A stretch of 64,000 nt of DNA from Octopus sinensis (taxonomy: Eukaryota). The translations under genes were made by a program, and so were the position numbers. The stretch spans positions 10,416,001-10,480,000 of the forward strand of contig NC_043005.1 of NCBI RefSeq assembly GCF_006345805.1, written 5' to 3'. The notes beneath the pieces are model-generated. The model had not been told where the DNA came from. It did not search any database and saw only the letters and a list, made by a program, of their open reading frames with translations. Positions 13,546 through 25,140 of the stretch are shown piece by piece; position 1 is the first letter of the stretch, and every line of letters starts with the position of its first letter.

Positions 13546-14563
13546 ACCTGTTATCTTGGAATTTTACTATACTCTCTCTACAATAGAGACATAATGAATA
13601 AAGTTTCATTATGCCATATTTTTCTCGTGTAAAAGTAACTCTTTCTAAATAACAACTGCAACATCACTAAAAAGATAATCGTCTGAAATTAATTAGATGG
13701 TGTGTCTGTACTGCAATTCTTTTGGCTTGTTGACCTAGCAACCCAACTACTTTCTCTCGTGTAATTATAGCAAGAAAATACACCTGTGAAATAATAAAGA
13801 TCGATCAGTTATCTTGAAATGGCTGCATTGCTGAATTGATGACCTACAGACAAAAGTTTCAAACCATGTCATAGGTGTCGTGGTTTTTGAATTAGGCATA
13901 TTTATTTGATTATGTTCATTGAGCTAGAAAATAAGTATTAATCCTTCTTTATTGTAGTGTGGGTGGCATTAGTATGTTAGATGTCAAGTGAGGGATTATG
14001 TTAATCTATTCTTGCCATGGTAACTTAAAACAAATTAGTAAGAACAAGATCTAATCATTACAGATATTTTCTAGTTGCTGCTGCTGCTGCTCATATATTG
14101 CCCTAGATTGGCCCTGAATTACCAAACTTATGATCAAAGACATTCTAGCTATGACCATCCTGTCTTTTTTCCAAACTACATTGTCCATTGTATCTTTCTT
14201 TTTTAAGTTGGTTGCTGAGATTCAAAGGAATTTAGGTTGCTGTTTCTAGCACAGCAAACAACCACATTGTTGTTTGCATTTTCTGGTGACAAAAACCAAA
14301 AAGTCAATTTTATTTCAAAACTAATGTTGAATATGAGAGTAGATTGGGGGAAGTGTTGGAGTGTTAATAAGATTCCATGTGGTACTTATTTTAGCACACA
14401 ATATTTCTATTGTTTTGTGTGTGTCTTTTATTTTTTTAAATTTCATTATGGATTAAGTCAGAGGAGAGAGGTCAGTGACCTTCCATTTTTTCAGGATCTT
14501 TAATATTGGTGACATAGATAAAAGGGATTATCTTGAACCTGGATACCTTGTCTGAATGCTTAC

Positions 14564-14625
14564 CTGAGAGTAAGCTGCCACTGATTGGTCGATCAGTTTG
14601 TCTACGCTTACATATCCTATTATAA
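14564..14625 (-). CDS. Candidate exon (-IIGYVSVDKLIDQSVAAYSQ)
   Basis: Acceptor tttttgtgaaacag|, consensus CAG|gtaagc donor, open frame. Confidence 0.3.
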
Positions 14626-14934
14626 CTGTTTCACAAAAATAAACAATGTACTTATTGTCATTCCTTGAATGTAACAATTTTCTAGGTGTTGTTATTTAGC
14701 CTGAGGTGAACACTGATCAAGCTGATCTATGATCAAAGCATTTCAGCTGTGAGCTCCCATGTCTCTGTTGGAATATGTAGTACTATATTTATTTACAACA
14801 TGTCTTTTGAGGGAAATTTGAAAAATGTGGGAAATTTGGTTGCTATTTCTTGCTCTTAGCTCTGTCTAGATGTTGTTCGTTGATCAACCCTCTTCTAACA
14901 TAACCTTTAGTGTTCATCATCATCATCATTATCA

Positions 14935-15120
14935 CCATGATGATCATCATCATTTAACATCTGTTTTCTGTGCTGGCATGGGTTGGACAGTTTCACAGGA
15001 GCTGGCCAACTGAAGAACTTCTCGGGCTCCATGTCTGTTTTGGCATGGTTTCTTTGGCTGGAATGCCTTTCTTAATGCCAACCACTTCATAAAGGGTACT
15101 GGGTGTTTTTAAGCAGCATT
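14935..15120 (-). mobile_element. RTE 3'UTR fragment
   Basis: catcatcatttaacatctgttttctgtgctggcatgggttggacag... matches the RTE tail. Confidence 0.8.
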
Positions 15121-15551
15121 GGCATGGGTGTGGCACCAACACCCACAAGCCCACTAGATTAGGAATGCACAGTTGAAGAGGGATGCAGGGAACATGTATG
15201 TATGCAAGGATAACCCTGATTTTACTTAGCTTGATATATCTTCTCAAGCTCAGCAAACTGCCAGGAGTCTAGGTACTTTGTCATCCCTTTATGTTCTATA
15301 TTTAAATAAGAAATCTTAATTTACATCATTAACTGATTTCTCTAATTGTAAAATTTGATTTCATTACCAATATTATGGTTTCTAATATGGGCACAAGGTT
15401 GCAAATCTTTTCCCAAGTAGAATAGAGCCTATTAAATGAGCTTATATTTATTTTAACAAACCTGGATGAATCAAAAGCTATGGTGACCTCAACAAGATTT
15501 GAACTCAAATCATAAAAGGTCATAACTAAAATTTTGCCTAAGAGATATACT

Positions 15552-15758
15552 CTTTTACTCTCTTTTACTTGTTTCAGTCATTTGACTGCGGCCATGCTGG
15601 AGCACCGCCTTTAATCAAGCATCTCGACCCCAGGACTTATTCTTTTGTAAGCCCAGTACTTATTCTATCGGTCTCTTTTGCCGAACTGCTAAGTAACAGG
15701 GACATAAACACACCAGCATCGGTTGTCAAACAATGCTAGGGGGACAAACACAGACACA

Positions 15759-15852
<94 letters not shown>

Positions 15853-16010
15853 TATATACATATATACGACAGGCTTCTTTCAGTTTCCGTCTACCAAATC
15901 CACTCACAAGGCTTTGGTCGGCCCGAGACTATAGTAGAAGACACTTGCCCAAGGTGCCACGCAGTGGGACTGAACCCGGAACCATGTGGTTGGTAAACAA
16001 GCTACTTACC
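15552..16010 (-). mobile_element. SINE family A
   Basis: Reverse complement of 4624-5047 with an expanded (CA)n. The extreme 5' end is missing. Confidence 0.9.
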
Positions 16011-16759
16011 ATATTTTTAGAATTTTAAAACTTCAAAATAATTAAAGATAGAAACTGTCAGCATCAGCTGATGATTGTAAATAAATTCAAGTTTATTCAA
16101 TTATAGTGGACCCTTTATACTCAAGGTTTTTCGTAAAATGGTAATCCTTATATTTAATAATAGATATTTTCTATAGATTATCTACAGGTGAGTTTAAATA
16201 CGTTTGTATTGGTTTCTGGTTTTATGCAAGAAACATTTCTTTCCCTTCTTTAGCTAAGAATAAGGAACTGATTGATGTAGTGGGAAATTCTGACTAACAG
16301 CAAATCTATCATCAGCTTCAAACAAATTAATAAATTCTTCTAAAGATATTGAGTATTTTTCCTCCCATCTTTACATTCAAACTTGTGTGTGTGTGTGTGT
16401 GCATGCATGCATGTGTATATATATGAATCATCATCATTGTCATTTTACATCTGTTTTCCATGTTAATATGGGCTGAGCAAGTTGCCATAGACCAATGCTA
16501 TTCTAGATGGGGCAGAGGATTATATCTTGCTCATATTTTTCACTTCTAGTTTGGTTTGGTTTGGTTTGGTTTGGTTTCTACGACTGATACTTTTCCAATC
16601 ACCAATCACTTTACAGAGTTCGCCAGGTGCATTCTATTGTGGCACCAGCATGTAAGAAATTGTCATAGTCACTACAAGACTGAAGTGTTCTTTTGACCCT
16701 ACACATTTGCCAACCACTTCACAGAGAGCCTTGGATGGATTTTATTGTGGCACCAGCAC

Positions 16760-16793
<34 letters not shown>

Positions 16794-16795
<2 letters not shown>

Positions 16796-17357
16796 GGCAG
16801 TGGCTCTCATGGCTTCTGAAGGCAGTGGCTCTCATGGCTTCTGATCTTAACTGATTGGAAGTGTTATCATGTACATTGTTTTGTCTTGGTATAAAAGATG
16901 GGCTACAGCAAATATTCTGCTCAATACAACAGATTTGCTTGTCAGTTGTTTGACCTTAACCAGTTGAGCATGTCCCTTAGTGGCTGATGATATGTGCATC
17001 TCTGGTCACGAGCAGAAGTAGTGGGGGAGCATCATAGCCATGTGTTGAGAGGGATTCTTTGGGGTTTGAATAATTCACCTCTGGAAACACGGGTGGTTCT
17101 TTCAACATCCTTAAACAATCCTTATTCAGGGACCTTTTGAGCGGGATGGGCTACTCAACCTGAAGAAAATTCTAACTGGGCCCCACCTGCAAGGTCATGT
17201 GCTGTTTATCTTGATATGAGATCACCATGTCGCGCACATATGGTTGTGATGCATGTGCCTGGTGTACCCTTATCAGACGGGTAGTCATGATGGGTATATT
17301 GGGCTTCGTATATTTTACCCCAGTGTCACTTTGATGGCATGAACCACTCTCTCACTC
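16794..17357. mobile_element. Interspersed element embedded in (AAT)n on both sides
   Basis: A 564-bp non-simple island flanked by (AAT)n arrays, with a 25-bp tandem duplication aaggcagtggctctcatggcttctg at its left end. Confidence 0.65.
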
Positions 17358-17389
<32 letters not shown>

Positions 17390-17569
17390 AAAGAAGAAGA
17401 AGAAGAAGAAGAATGACAATTCTTTCTAATTTTGGCACAAAGCCAGCAATTCTTAGGGGGACAGTTTTTTTAGCTCATTGTACCAAGGAAACAATGTAAT
17501 TACTTTTCATTTACCATAGCATTTCGATTTCTTTTTGCTGAGTTTTATATTTTATTAGTTATTCTGTAA

Positions 17570-18095
17570 CTGCTGTCCCCGAGACATGTCATGTCTATGA
17601 TGTGGCATGAATTTTCCTCCATTGTCAACCAGCATGATATTGGGTTTCCGATGTTCAATTCCTTGATCACATTAGATCTGTCAGAGTCCGTGAAATGTTC
17701 AGTTCTTTGCTTCATGAAACACTTGTTTGTGTGCTACACATAGCAAGGCCTATGTTTCAGGTTTCAATTCACTTTTTTGTAACTACATCTATCTTTTATC
17801 TGAAACTATATTCCTTGGTATCCCGCTCAAGAACTGACTGCACATCTTATCCTTCCAGCTGTTTCTTCATTTCTGTCTTTTTTGTATATCTTCTTGTCCT
17901 GACAGCTTTCTGTATGTGATAATCTTGCCTCCCTTACTTGCCCAAGTGGTGTGTCTTTGCATTCTTTATATACCAAGTAATACTGTTTTCCTCGGACAGA
18001 ATATAATCCTCTCAACATATCAATTCCCACCCGCCTTTCTTTTTTGTCAGATGCAGCCTTTCAGCATCACTTTTCAGTTGGAATACACCATGTAT
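17570..18095 (-). mobile_element. Decayed R4/Dong-like non-LTR retrotransposon fragment (post-RT region and REL endonuclease)
   Basis: The minus strand encodes HGVFQLKSDAERLHLTKKKGG.ELI (cf. HPKSDVDRLY..RK.GGRGL) and DQGIEHRKPNIMLVD...CHIIDMTCLGD (REL RPD..L.D.....IID motif). Stops and an internal deletion are present. Confidence 0.75.
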
Positions 18096-18104
18096 TGAAT
18101 TTAA

Positions 18105-18297
18105 ATTTTGACTCAAGGCCAGGAATTTCAGGGAAGGAGTAAGTCGATTACATCGACCCCAGAGTATAACTGGTACTTATTTTATCAGCCCTGATAGGAT
18201 GAAAAGCAAATTTGACCTTGGTGGAACATAAAGACAGACGAAATGGCACTAAGCCTTTTGTCTGGTGTACTAATGATTCTACCAGCTCGCTACCTTA
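18105..18297 (-). mobile_element. tRNA-derived SINE family B, diverged
   Basis: agtcgattacatcgacccc...ctggtacttattttatc...ccagctcgctacctt matches 41525-41752. Confidence 0.8.
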
Positions 18298-18723
18298 GAA
18301 TGCACAATATCTTGTCAACAGTTTCCTTGTTTTCTTGTTTGGAACTTATTTTCCCCATTCAGTTCAGGGCCAATGTACCACTCTTGTTCCATATCTCAAG
18401 AAAGTGATTATCCATGAATTTATTGCTTGGAATTTATTCTTCCCATTAAGTTTATTATTATTATTATTGTTGTTGTTTTTGTTGTTGTTGTTAGGTTGCA
18501 TGGCCTAGTGGTTAAGGTGTTGCACTCGCAATTGCTAGATTGTGATTTCAATTCCTAGATTGGTTGGTGCGTTGTGTTCTTGAGAAAAACACTTCATCTC
18601 ATGTTCCTTTGCAATCATTTTGACACCTGACAGATGGCACACTGTGCACCTGTTTAAACAGCGATGATTTGATGGAGAGAGTGAGCTCATGTGCGGCACA
18701 AACATTTGATCAATATAAACAAA

Positions 18724-19213
18724 TCAAGGGCATCCAGCCGTAGAACACTGCCAGATCAGACTGGGCCTGATGCAGCCTTCTGGCTTCACAGACCCCAGTT
18801 GAACCGTCCAACCCATGCTAGCATGGAAAGCGGACGCTAAATGATGATGATGATGATTTGTACAGGTTGTTTGGCAAGAAAGCTGAACACTCATACATGG
18901 TCTTCGAAGGGATAGTTTGTCATTATTATAATTATTCACTTAACATCAATGTTCCATGCTGGTATGAGTCAGATGGTTTGGCAGAATCCAGTGGATACAC
19001 AGACTTCATTATGTACCAATGTCTGCTTTTGGCATGGTTTCTATGGCTTGATGCAAAAGCACCCATGACACTCACGGAGTGGTTGGCGTTAGGAAGGGCA
19101 TCCAGCTGTAGAAACATTGCCAGATAAGACTGGAGCCTGGTGCAGCCTTCTGGCTTCCCAGATCCCCGGTCGAACCGTCCAACCCATGCTAGCATGGAGA
19201 ACGGACGTTAAAC

Positions 19214-19259
<46 letters not shown>

Positions 19260-19330
19260 CCCTTCCTAATGCCAACCACTTTGCAGCATGTCCTGGGTAT
19301 TTTTTCCGTGACACTTTCACTAGTGAAATC
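18724..19330 (+). mobile_element. Cluster of RTE 3'UTR fragments (18724-18858 +, 19065-19258 +, interleaved minus fragments)
   Basis: aagggcatccagctgtagaaac...ccatgctagcatgga...(GAT)n tails. Confidence 0.85.
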
Positions 19331-19399
19331 ACCATGCAACTTTCAAGACTTGGAGATGATGGTTAAAATATGAGAGAAAGGGCCAAAACTGAATAGGTT

Positions 19400-20180
19400 T
19401 TTTTTTTGCTGTAGAGAAGTTACATGACTACTCATAATTTAGAAAAGAGCATAGAAGTGTTTGTGTGGTTGTGGAAAGTGATAAAAATAGTGGTGATGAG
19501 GTGTGTGGATGAACCCTCAAGGTACAAAGTGGGTAGTAATAAGTGGGGACAGAGCAACCAGGAATGTGGATGGATGGAGGCTGCAAGAGTGTATGTGGAA
19601 GTGAAAGATGGGGAATGAGTGAGTGGAGGGGAGTTAAATGGCAGCTGTAAAGATTAGGTAGGGTTGAGGTTGAACTTTGTGAATATCCAATGATACATGA
19701 GTTGCGGAAGACAAGGGAAGTAGAAGATGGTTGGAGATGGGGGCAAGGAATAGTAATGATGATATAGAAGATAGGGGAAGGATGAAAGACAGATGGTATA
19801 TGGTTGGGTAAGTTTCAGGAGTGTGGGGAAGAAAGAGAGGGACAGATGCATTGCATGAGGGGAATGAGAGACATGTATCTGTGGAAAAGAAGAGATAATT
19901 TGATGGCTTAGTGGGGGCAGGGTGATCAATGTAAAGTGTGAGTGGAGAGAGCGTTTTTAATAGATGAAGAGTGGTTAACAACTGAAATGGTTCTGGGTAG
20001 TAAGAAAAATAAGGGGTATTAAAAAAAAAGCTGCACTTAAAGATGGGTGATGGAAATGTCTTGAGAAGGAAATTAGAGAAAGGGCTCAATTGTGTGCAAA
20101 ACATAGATACATAATGCTTCCAGAATTCAGGTACACTGAAGTGGGTGGGTCTTCTTCTTCTTAGGAACCACATCACCAAT
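19400..20180 (-). mobile_element. Strongly strand-biased, decayed retroelement-like segment
   Basis: The plus strand is purine-rich. Minus-strand peptides (PTKPSNYLFFS, SHSPH..LSLSF) faintly resemble Penelope RT-thumb motifs. Family not established. Confidence 0.3.
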
Positions 20181-20782
20181 CATCCCGTTTTTTTTTCTTT
20201 TATTTTTCTTTTTTTTTTCTATCATTATCATGTTAATGGTGGTAAATTGGTAGAATTGCTTCAGTGTCAGAAAAAACGATTTGCAGTATTTGTTATGGCC
20301 CTTTACATTCTGAGTTAAAAACCTGTAAAATAAATTCTACATTTTATCCCTTAAGTAAGTCGATAAAGAAAAGTACCAGGATGTATTATGGTCGATGGTA
20401 TCAACTAGCTCCCTCCCTTCAAAAATTGCTGACCTTGTGTCTAGTTTAGAAACTCTTGACGCTTTATATTTTTGAGTTGAAATCCTGCTAAGGTGAATTT
20501 TGTCTTTCATTCTTCATAGTTGATTAAATAAAGTACCAGTCAAAAAATGGGAGCAATGGTACCGACTAACCCCTTTCTCTCAAAACTGCTGGCTTTCTGC
20601 CTAACTTGACAATGTAAAAGAAATTATCATAATTATCTTCTTCATCATTATTCTATAGTTAACATGTACAGTCAACATGTATTGTTTTGCTGTATCACTT
20701 TACATTAATGATTCAATAAAAATGGTACATTGAGAATTTTCTTTGAAATATCAAATATCATTTGCGACACATTGTGTGTATC

Positions 20783-20814
<32 letters not shown>

Positions 20815-20983
20815 CTTGTACATCTGTATATGTGTATGTATAAAATAATGCACAGCAAATGCATATATTTTTATTCTCATATATTTGGACTTGAGTGAAT
20901 GATTAAATTATGTATAATTCATACCTTTCTACCTACCTACCTATCTATTTATCTATCTATCTATCTATCTATCTGTCTGTCTG

Positions 20984-21074
<91 letters not shown>

Positions 21075-21413
21075 AAGAGAGAGAAACTAGTAAAGTTTAT
21101 CTTCATATACTTGTGTATGAGTGTACAACTAAATTTTGTATTATACATGTATGTGTAGGCCTGTTGCATATGTATGCATATGTGTGCATGCATATGTACA
21201 AGTGCACATTATGAATGCATGCATGCTAGCTCCAGAATTCTTCTCTGCACATACATTTTTCTGCAGCCGTCAACTTGCAACTGTGCAAGAAGGACATTTA
21301 GCACGTCCATGTAAGTAGTTTTGGAGGACATGACAGGAACGGATACAATACATAACCTCCTGTCCAATAAAAGGAAAATTACCAATTATAATATTTATGA
21401 AATTATATATATA

Positions 21414-21817
21414 CTAGCAGTATCACCCGGTGTTGCTTGGGTTTGTAAGGGAAATAACTATATAAGCATTTTTAAAGAGTTATAGCCAAAAAATAGCAAA
21501 AAAAATGCATTAAAAATGGGAAAAAAATTATGGTAAATTTTTTTTTTAAATCGTTGACTCATCGTAGACATTTTTAGAGAGTTACTTCCCTTATATAATA
21601 GCGAAAAAATGCATTAAAATGGAAAAAAATGATGGTTAATTATTTTTAAAATCATAGACTCATCGTAGACGCACGCTAATACCCAGACGGGCTCGATATG
21701 AATCACGACTATAAGATACCCGGTTTTGGTTAAACTGCACCGCAAAATGTGGGAGTAGTTAGGAATCTAAATCGTAGGAGACAGACAGCACACAAACCTC
21801 ACTTTATATATATAAAG

Positions 21818-21818
<1 letters not shown>
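21414..21818 (-). mobile_element. Non-autonomous Helitron-like element, copy 2
   Basis: The minus strand begins A|TC and ends with hairpin acccaagcaacaccgggt then CTAG|T. Confidence 0.85.
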
Positions 21819-21848
<30 letters not shown>

Positions 21849-21997
21849 GTGAAATAGAAAGATGAATAATCTTGTAGTAGATTAATCAAAAGTTTAACCG
21901 ATACCTTAGTAGCAAAAATCACAGCAGTGAACAGCACGGTTGGAGGTACAACCATCTGGCGTTGCAACCGTGCGTTGGTGCGGATAATTGAAATTAA

Positions 21998-22536
21998 AAC
22001 ATTATTGGTGAATTGAAGAAATGGAGCTGAACGCAGATTGAACAGAAATCGTTTTATTTCATTCTACACGTGTTTCGAAAGGCACAAATTACCAAAATCC
22101 GATTGAATATGGGACCATATTGTGTCTTTCTCTTCAGGAAGAAAAAAGGAAATCCGTTGGAAAAACAAAAACAGAACAGAGGCAGAGCAAAAAAACAAAT
22201 CGAACTGTGCTCCTAAGAGCCCATGGCGAAACTGTTTATCAGTGTATGTTGAGAACCGGTGGCTGAAGAATTCAACAGGTCAGGCATCGGTCAAACATGT
22301 GGGTGAGGGTGTATAGATGTTCTTTGTGACCGAGAATAAAGTTCTGACTATTTAAAGAATATTGGATGTTTTATAAGGGGCGAGAAAAAATCTACTTAGA
22401 GACGTGTGTGTGTGTATACTGTTCTATATATGTGTGTGTTGGCGTAGGGGTAGAAAACATTTTTTGTGTACGTGTGTGCGTTTGATCGTTCGGCTGTCAG
22501 TGGCTACTGCCGTGATAACCGTTGGGTGGCAGAAAG
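21998..22536 (-). repeat. 3' pseudo-LTR (sense copy)
   Basis: Reverse complement of 23632-24167 with only a few differences. Confidence 0.92.
22057..22146 (-). ncRNA. Type I hammerhead ribozyme (PLE-associated)
   Basis: Minus strand reads ttc CUGAAGA gaaagacac...gtgcctttc GAAAC acgt GUA gaa: intact core, stem II GAAAG/CUUUC, 2-bp stem III with palindromic ACGU loop and a GUA cleavage triplet. Confidence 0.8.
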
Positions 22537-22753
22537 AAAAAAATAAAGAATTATATATATATTTTATGTTTTATGTGTGTGTGTGTGTGTGTTCATCTAA
22601 GCCTACCTTGACAAGGAAACCCCCGCGTGTGAAAAACAAGCCCCGTTTGTCTTACAGGAGTAATTTCCCTTGCAGTGGTTAATTGTAGATATCTTAAAAT
22701 CTATTTCAGAATTTGTTACCAAGGGCTATGGGTGCCGGTCTTATTTATAAACG

Positions 22754-23631
22754 CTATTTAAAGGCCAGATAAGTGTAACGCCGCCAATGGGGGCATCGAA
22801 AAGCCGACTGTAAGAGCCCGTTTACCATCCGGCCTCTGGCAAACAAAATATGGAAGAGTTCGGAGACACAAAGGTTGCACTGTCTCTGCCCTATCAAATG
22901 GGAGGGCCACCGACAAAATTGACCATTCCAGCCTATAGCTTAAGTTCGCATCCTTCAGTCGCCATATTAGCTTACTGAGTCCCGTGGTCTGGCGCTTGTT
23001 CACGTCCCGAAAAGTTGCGTAATGGTTGGAGACACGCAAAGACAATCTTGAGGACGATGCCCCTATATAAGTGAAGGCATCTGAGTCCGTGTAAACCTTG
23101 CATTGGTAGACGGCGTTTTTGATCTTGGAGTTCGCCGACGTGAATCTTACTCTGCTAGGATTGGTTTCTGAAATTAGAACTGCGTTCCTGTCACTATATT
23201 CGTTCCGAGACCTGCAGCCGCTTACTACTCTATTTTCCACTACGTCACTATTAACTATAGGAATAACCCCTGATTCTCCACTATCTATCAGAGTGCTGTC
23301 ATTGCTACTGCCCGTGGTACTGCTATTGCGGGAAATGATGCTGGGGATGCTAAGGGGCTCTCTACCCTACTCCCATTGTTACCATCAACCACAACACCCC
23401 TATTTATAACTATACCCCTAGTGGGTACTCCCTGGCTGGAGCTGAGATTATGTGTCACTGTACTGGCTCTCATATCATTATTACTACTATAATTATTCCT
23501 ACTGATCATTAAGCCGGGAGCGGAAGAGGCTGTGCCTCCGGAAAAAGGTGATAGGGTCTTAGTAAGTAGCCTATTATTATGGGAGGCGATTATCTGGGCG
23601 AGGTTTTTAGTGTTGGAGAAAGCTATCCTAA
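22754..23631 (-). pseudogene. Penelope-like ORF C-terminal portion: RT thumb end, long linker, GIY-YIG endonuclease (two frameshifts)
   Basis: VRIAFSNTKNLAQIIASHN..., NAVYQCKV...YIGASS.RL..RVSNH...LSKLIWRLK...WSIL, and after a frameshift near 22885 CNLCVSELFHILF...CPHWRRYTYLAFK*. A second frameshift lies near 23360. Confidence 0.88.
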
Positions 23632-24165
23632 CTTTCTGCCCCCCAACGGTTATCACGGCAGTAGCCACTGACAGCCGAACGATCAAACGCACACACGTAC
23701 ACAAAAAATGTTTTCTACTCCTACGCCAACACACCATATATAGAACAGTATACACACACACAGTCTCTAAGTAGATTTTTCTCGCCCCTTATAAAACATC
23801 CAATATTCTTTAAATAGTCAGAACTTTATTCTCGGTCACAAAGAACATCTATACACCCTCACCCACATGTTTGACCGATGCCTGACCTGTTGAATTCTTC
23901 AGCCACCGGTTCTCAACATACACTGATAAACAGTTTCGCCATGGGCTCTTAGGAGCACAGTTCGATTTGTTTTTTTGCTCTGCCTCTGTTCTGTTTTTGT
24001 TTTTCCAACGGATTTCCTTTTTTCTCCTGAAGAGAAAGACACAATATGGTCCCATTATTCAATCGGATTTTGGTAATTTGTGCCTTTCGAAACACGTGTA
24101 GAATGAAATAAAACGATTTCTGTTCAATCTGCGTTCAGCTCCATTTCTTCAATTCACCAATAGTG

Positions 24166-24167
<2 letters not shown>
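23632..24167 (+). repeat. Inverted 5' pseudo-LTR copy
   Basis: Directly abuts the truncated ORF and ends at a (TA)n tract. Confidence 0.92.
24020..24108 (+). ncRNA. Type I hammerhead ribozyme, second copy
   Basis: CTGAAGA 24027-24033, stem II 24034-38/24084-88, GAAAC 24089-93, ACGT loop, GTA 24098-24100. Stem I is weakened by one difference relative to the other copy. Confidence 0.75.
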
Positions 24168-24218
<51 letters not shown>

Positions 24219-24509
24219 AGCAATTAAGATGTGTGTACGTGAATGCAAACAGTCCAGTCGTATTAATATAAGTTAAAAGTGGTGTTTGACATATCATCGG
24301 CTAAAACCACAAACAGCCTTGACCTTAACTGCCATCTTGCCTTGCCTTTTTAGTTATTACAACTTGCCAACCATAGAATGTAGAACAAGCTTGGCTTCAA
24401 ACAACATACTTGTTGGCTCCAGAAATCAATAACCTACAGATATTTTTCACCAGTGCTAATGCTATGACTATTCAAGCAGAAATGGAACAGCCTAGACGTC
24501 AGTCGCAAC

Positions 24510-24620
24510 ATCAGATTGCTACTGCAGCTAGTGTCATTACTACTACTGCTGCTGCCGCTGCTACCGCTGCTACCGCTGCTACTGATTGCTGCTGTTATTG
24601 TTGCAAATTGCTGCTACTGT
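24510..24620. repeat. Imperfect (GCT/ACT/GCC)n trinucleotide repeat
   Basis: ctactactgctgctgccgctgctaccgctgctacc... Confidence 0.8.
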
Positions 24621-25093
24621 TACAAATCTTCCTACTGTACACATACACTTGGAGCAACTGCAAAACTACTTATGCCATTTTTAAAAAATCAATAGATCAA
24701 AACTGATCAAATAACCCCCGTCGTACATCCCACTCCGTTTTTTTGATTTTTTTTTTTTTTTTTGGTTAGCATATTAACAATTTTGAATGTCTCATATGAT
24801 AAAGAACTGAGATGAGAGAAAGGAGGGGGACCGTGGGGATGTGGGGGTGAGAATGATGAATTCTTTTCTTCCCATGACTGTCTGTGGAAATATCTCTATT
24901 ATGAGACTATGTTTTAAAAAAGCCATTGGTAGCACCAGAAAGAGAAGAAATATCATATAAATAATGTGTTATATATAACTGTGTCCTATTGATTTCCATA
25001 TGCTTTTTAATATGATAATAGAAGGGAGGATAATACTCATGGATGGATTTCATCTTCATCCTCCCTCTCTCTCTCTCTCTATCTCTCTCCTCC

Positions 25094-25140
<47 letters not shown>

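Larger units (their letters stand above)
21848..24167 (-). mobile_element. 5'-truncated Penelope-like element with inverted pseudo-LTRs
   Basis: GIY-YIG-coding segment flanked by near-identical inverted repeats (21998-22536 and 23632-24167), each with a hammerhead. Bounded by (TA)n on both sides. Confidence 0.9.

Noticed and set aside
17120-17200. HDV-like ribozyme in the (AAT)n-flanked element
   Set aside because: I could not assemble a consistent P1-P4 nested pseudoknot by eye.
22212-22244. Antisense hammerhead-like motif cctaagagcccatggcgaaactgtttatcagtg in the pLTR
   Set aside because: The core lacks the conserved G of CUGA, the triplet would be GUG, and there is no adjacent stem I.
22263-22300. 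ctgaaga...caaacatgtgg in the pLTR
   Set aside because: No GAAA and no convincing stem II.
23288-23761. 157-aa ORF as an independent gene
   Set aside because: Chimera of inverted pLTR sequence and the PLE linker.
24410-24706. Ala/Thr-rich ORF
   Set aside because: Explained by a trinucleotide repeat.
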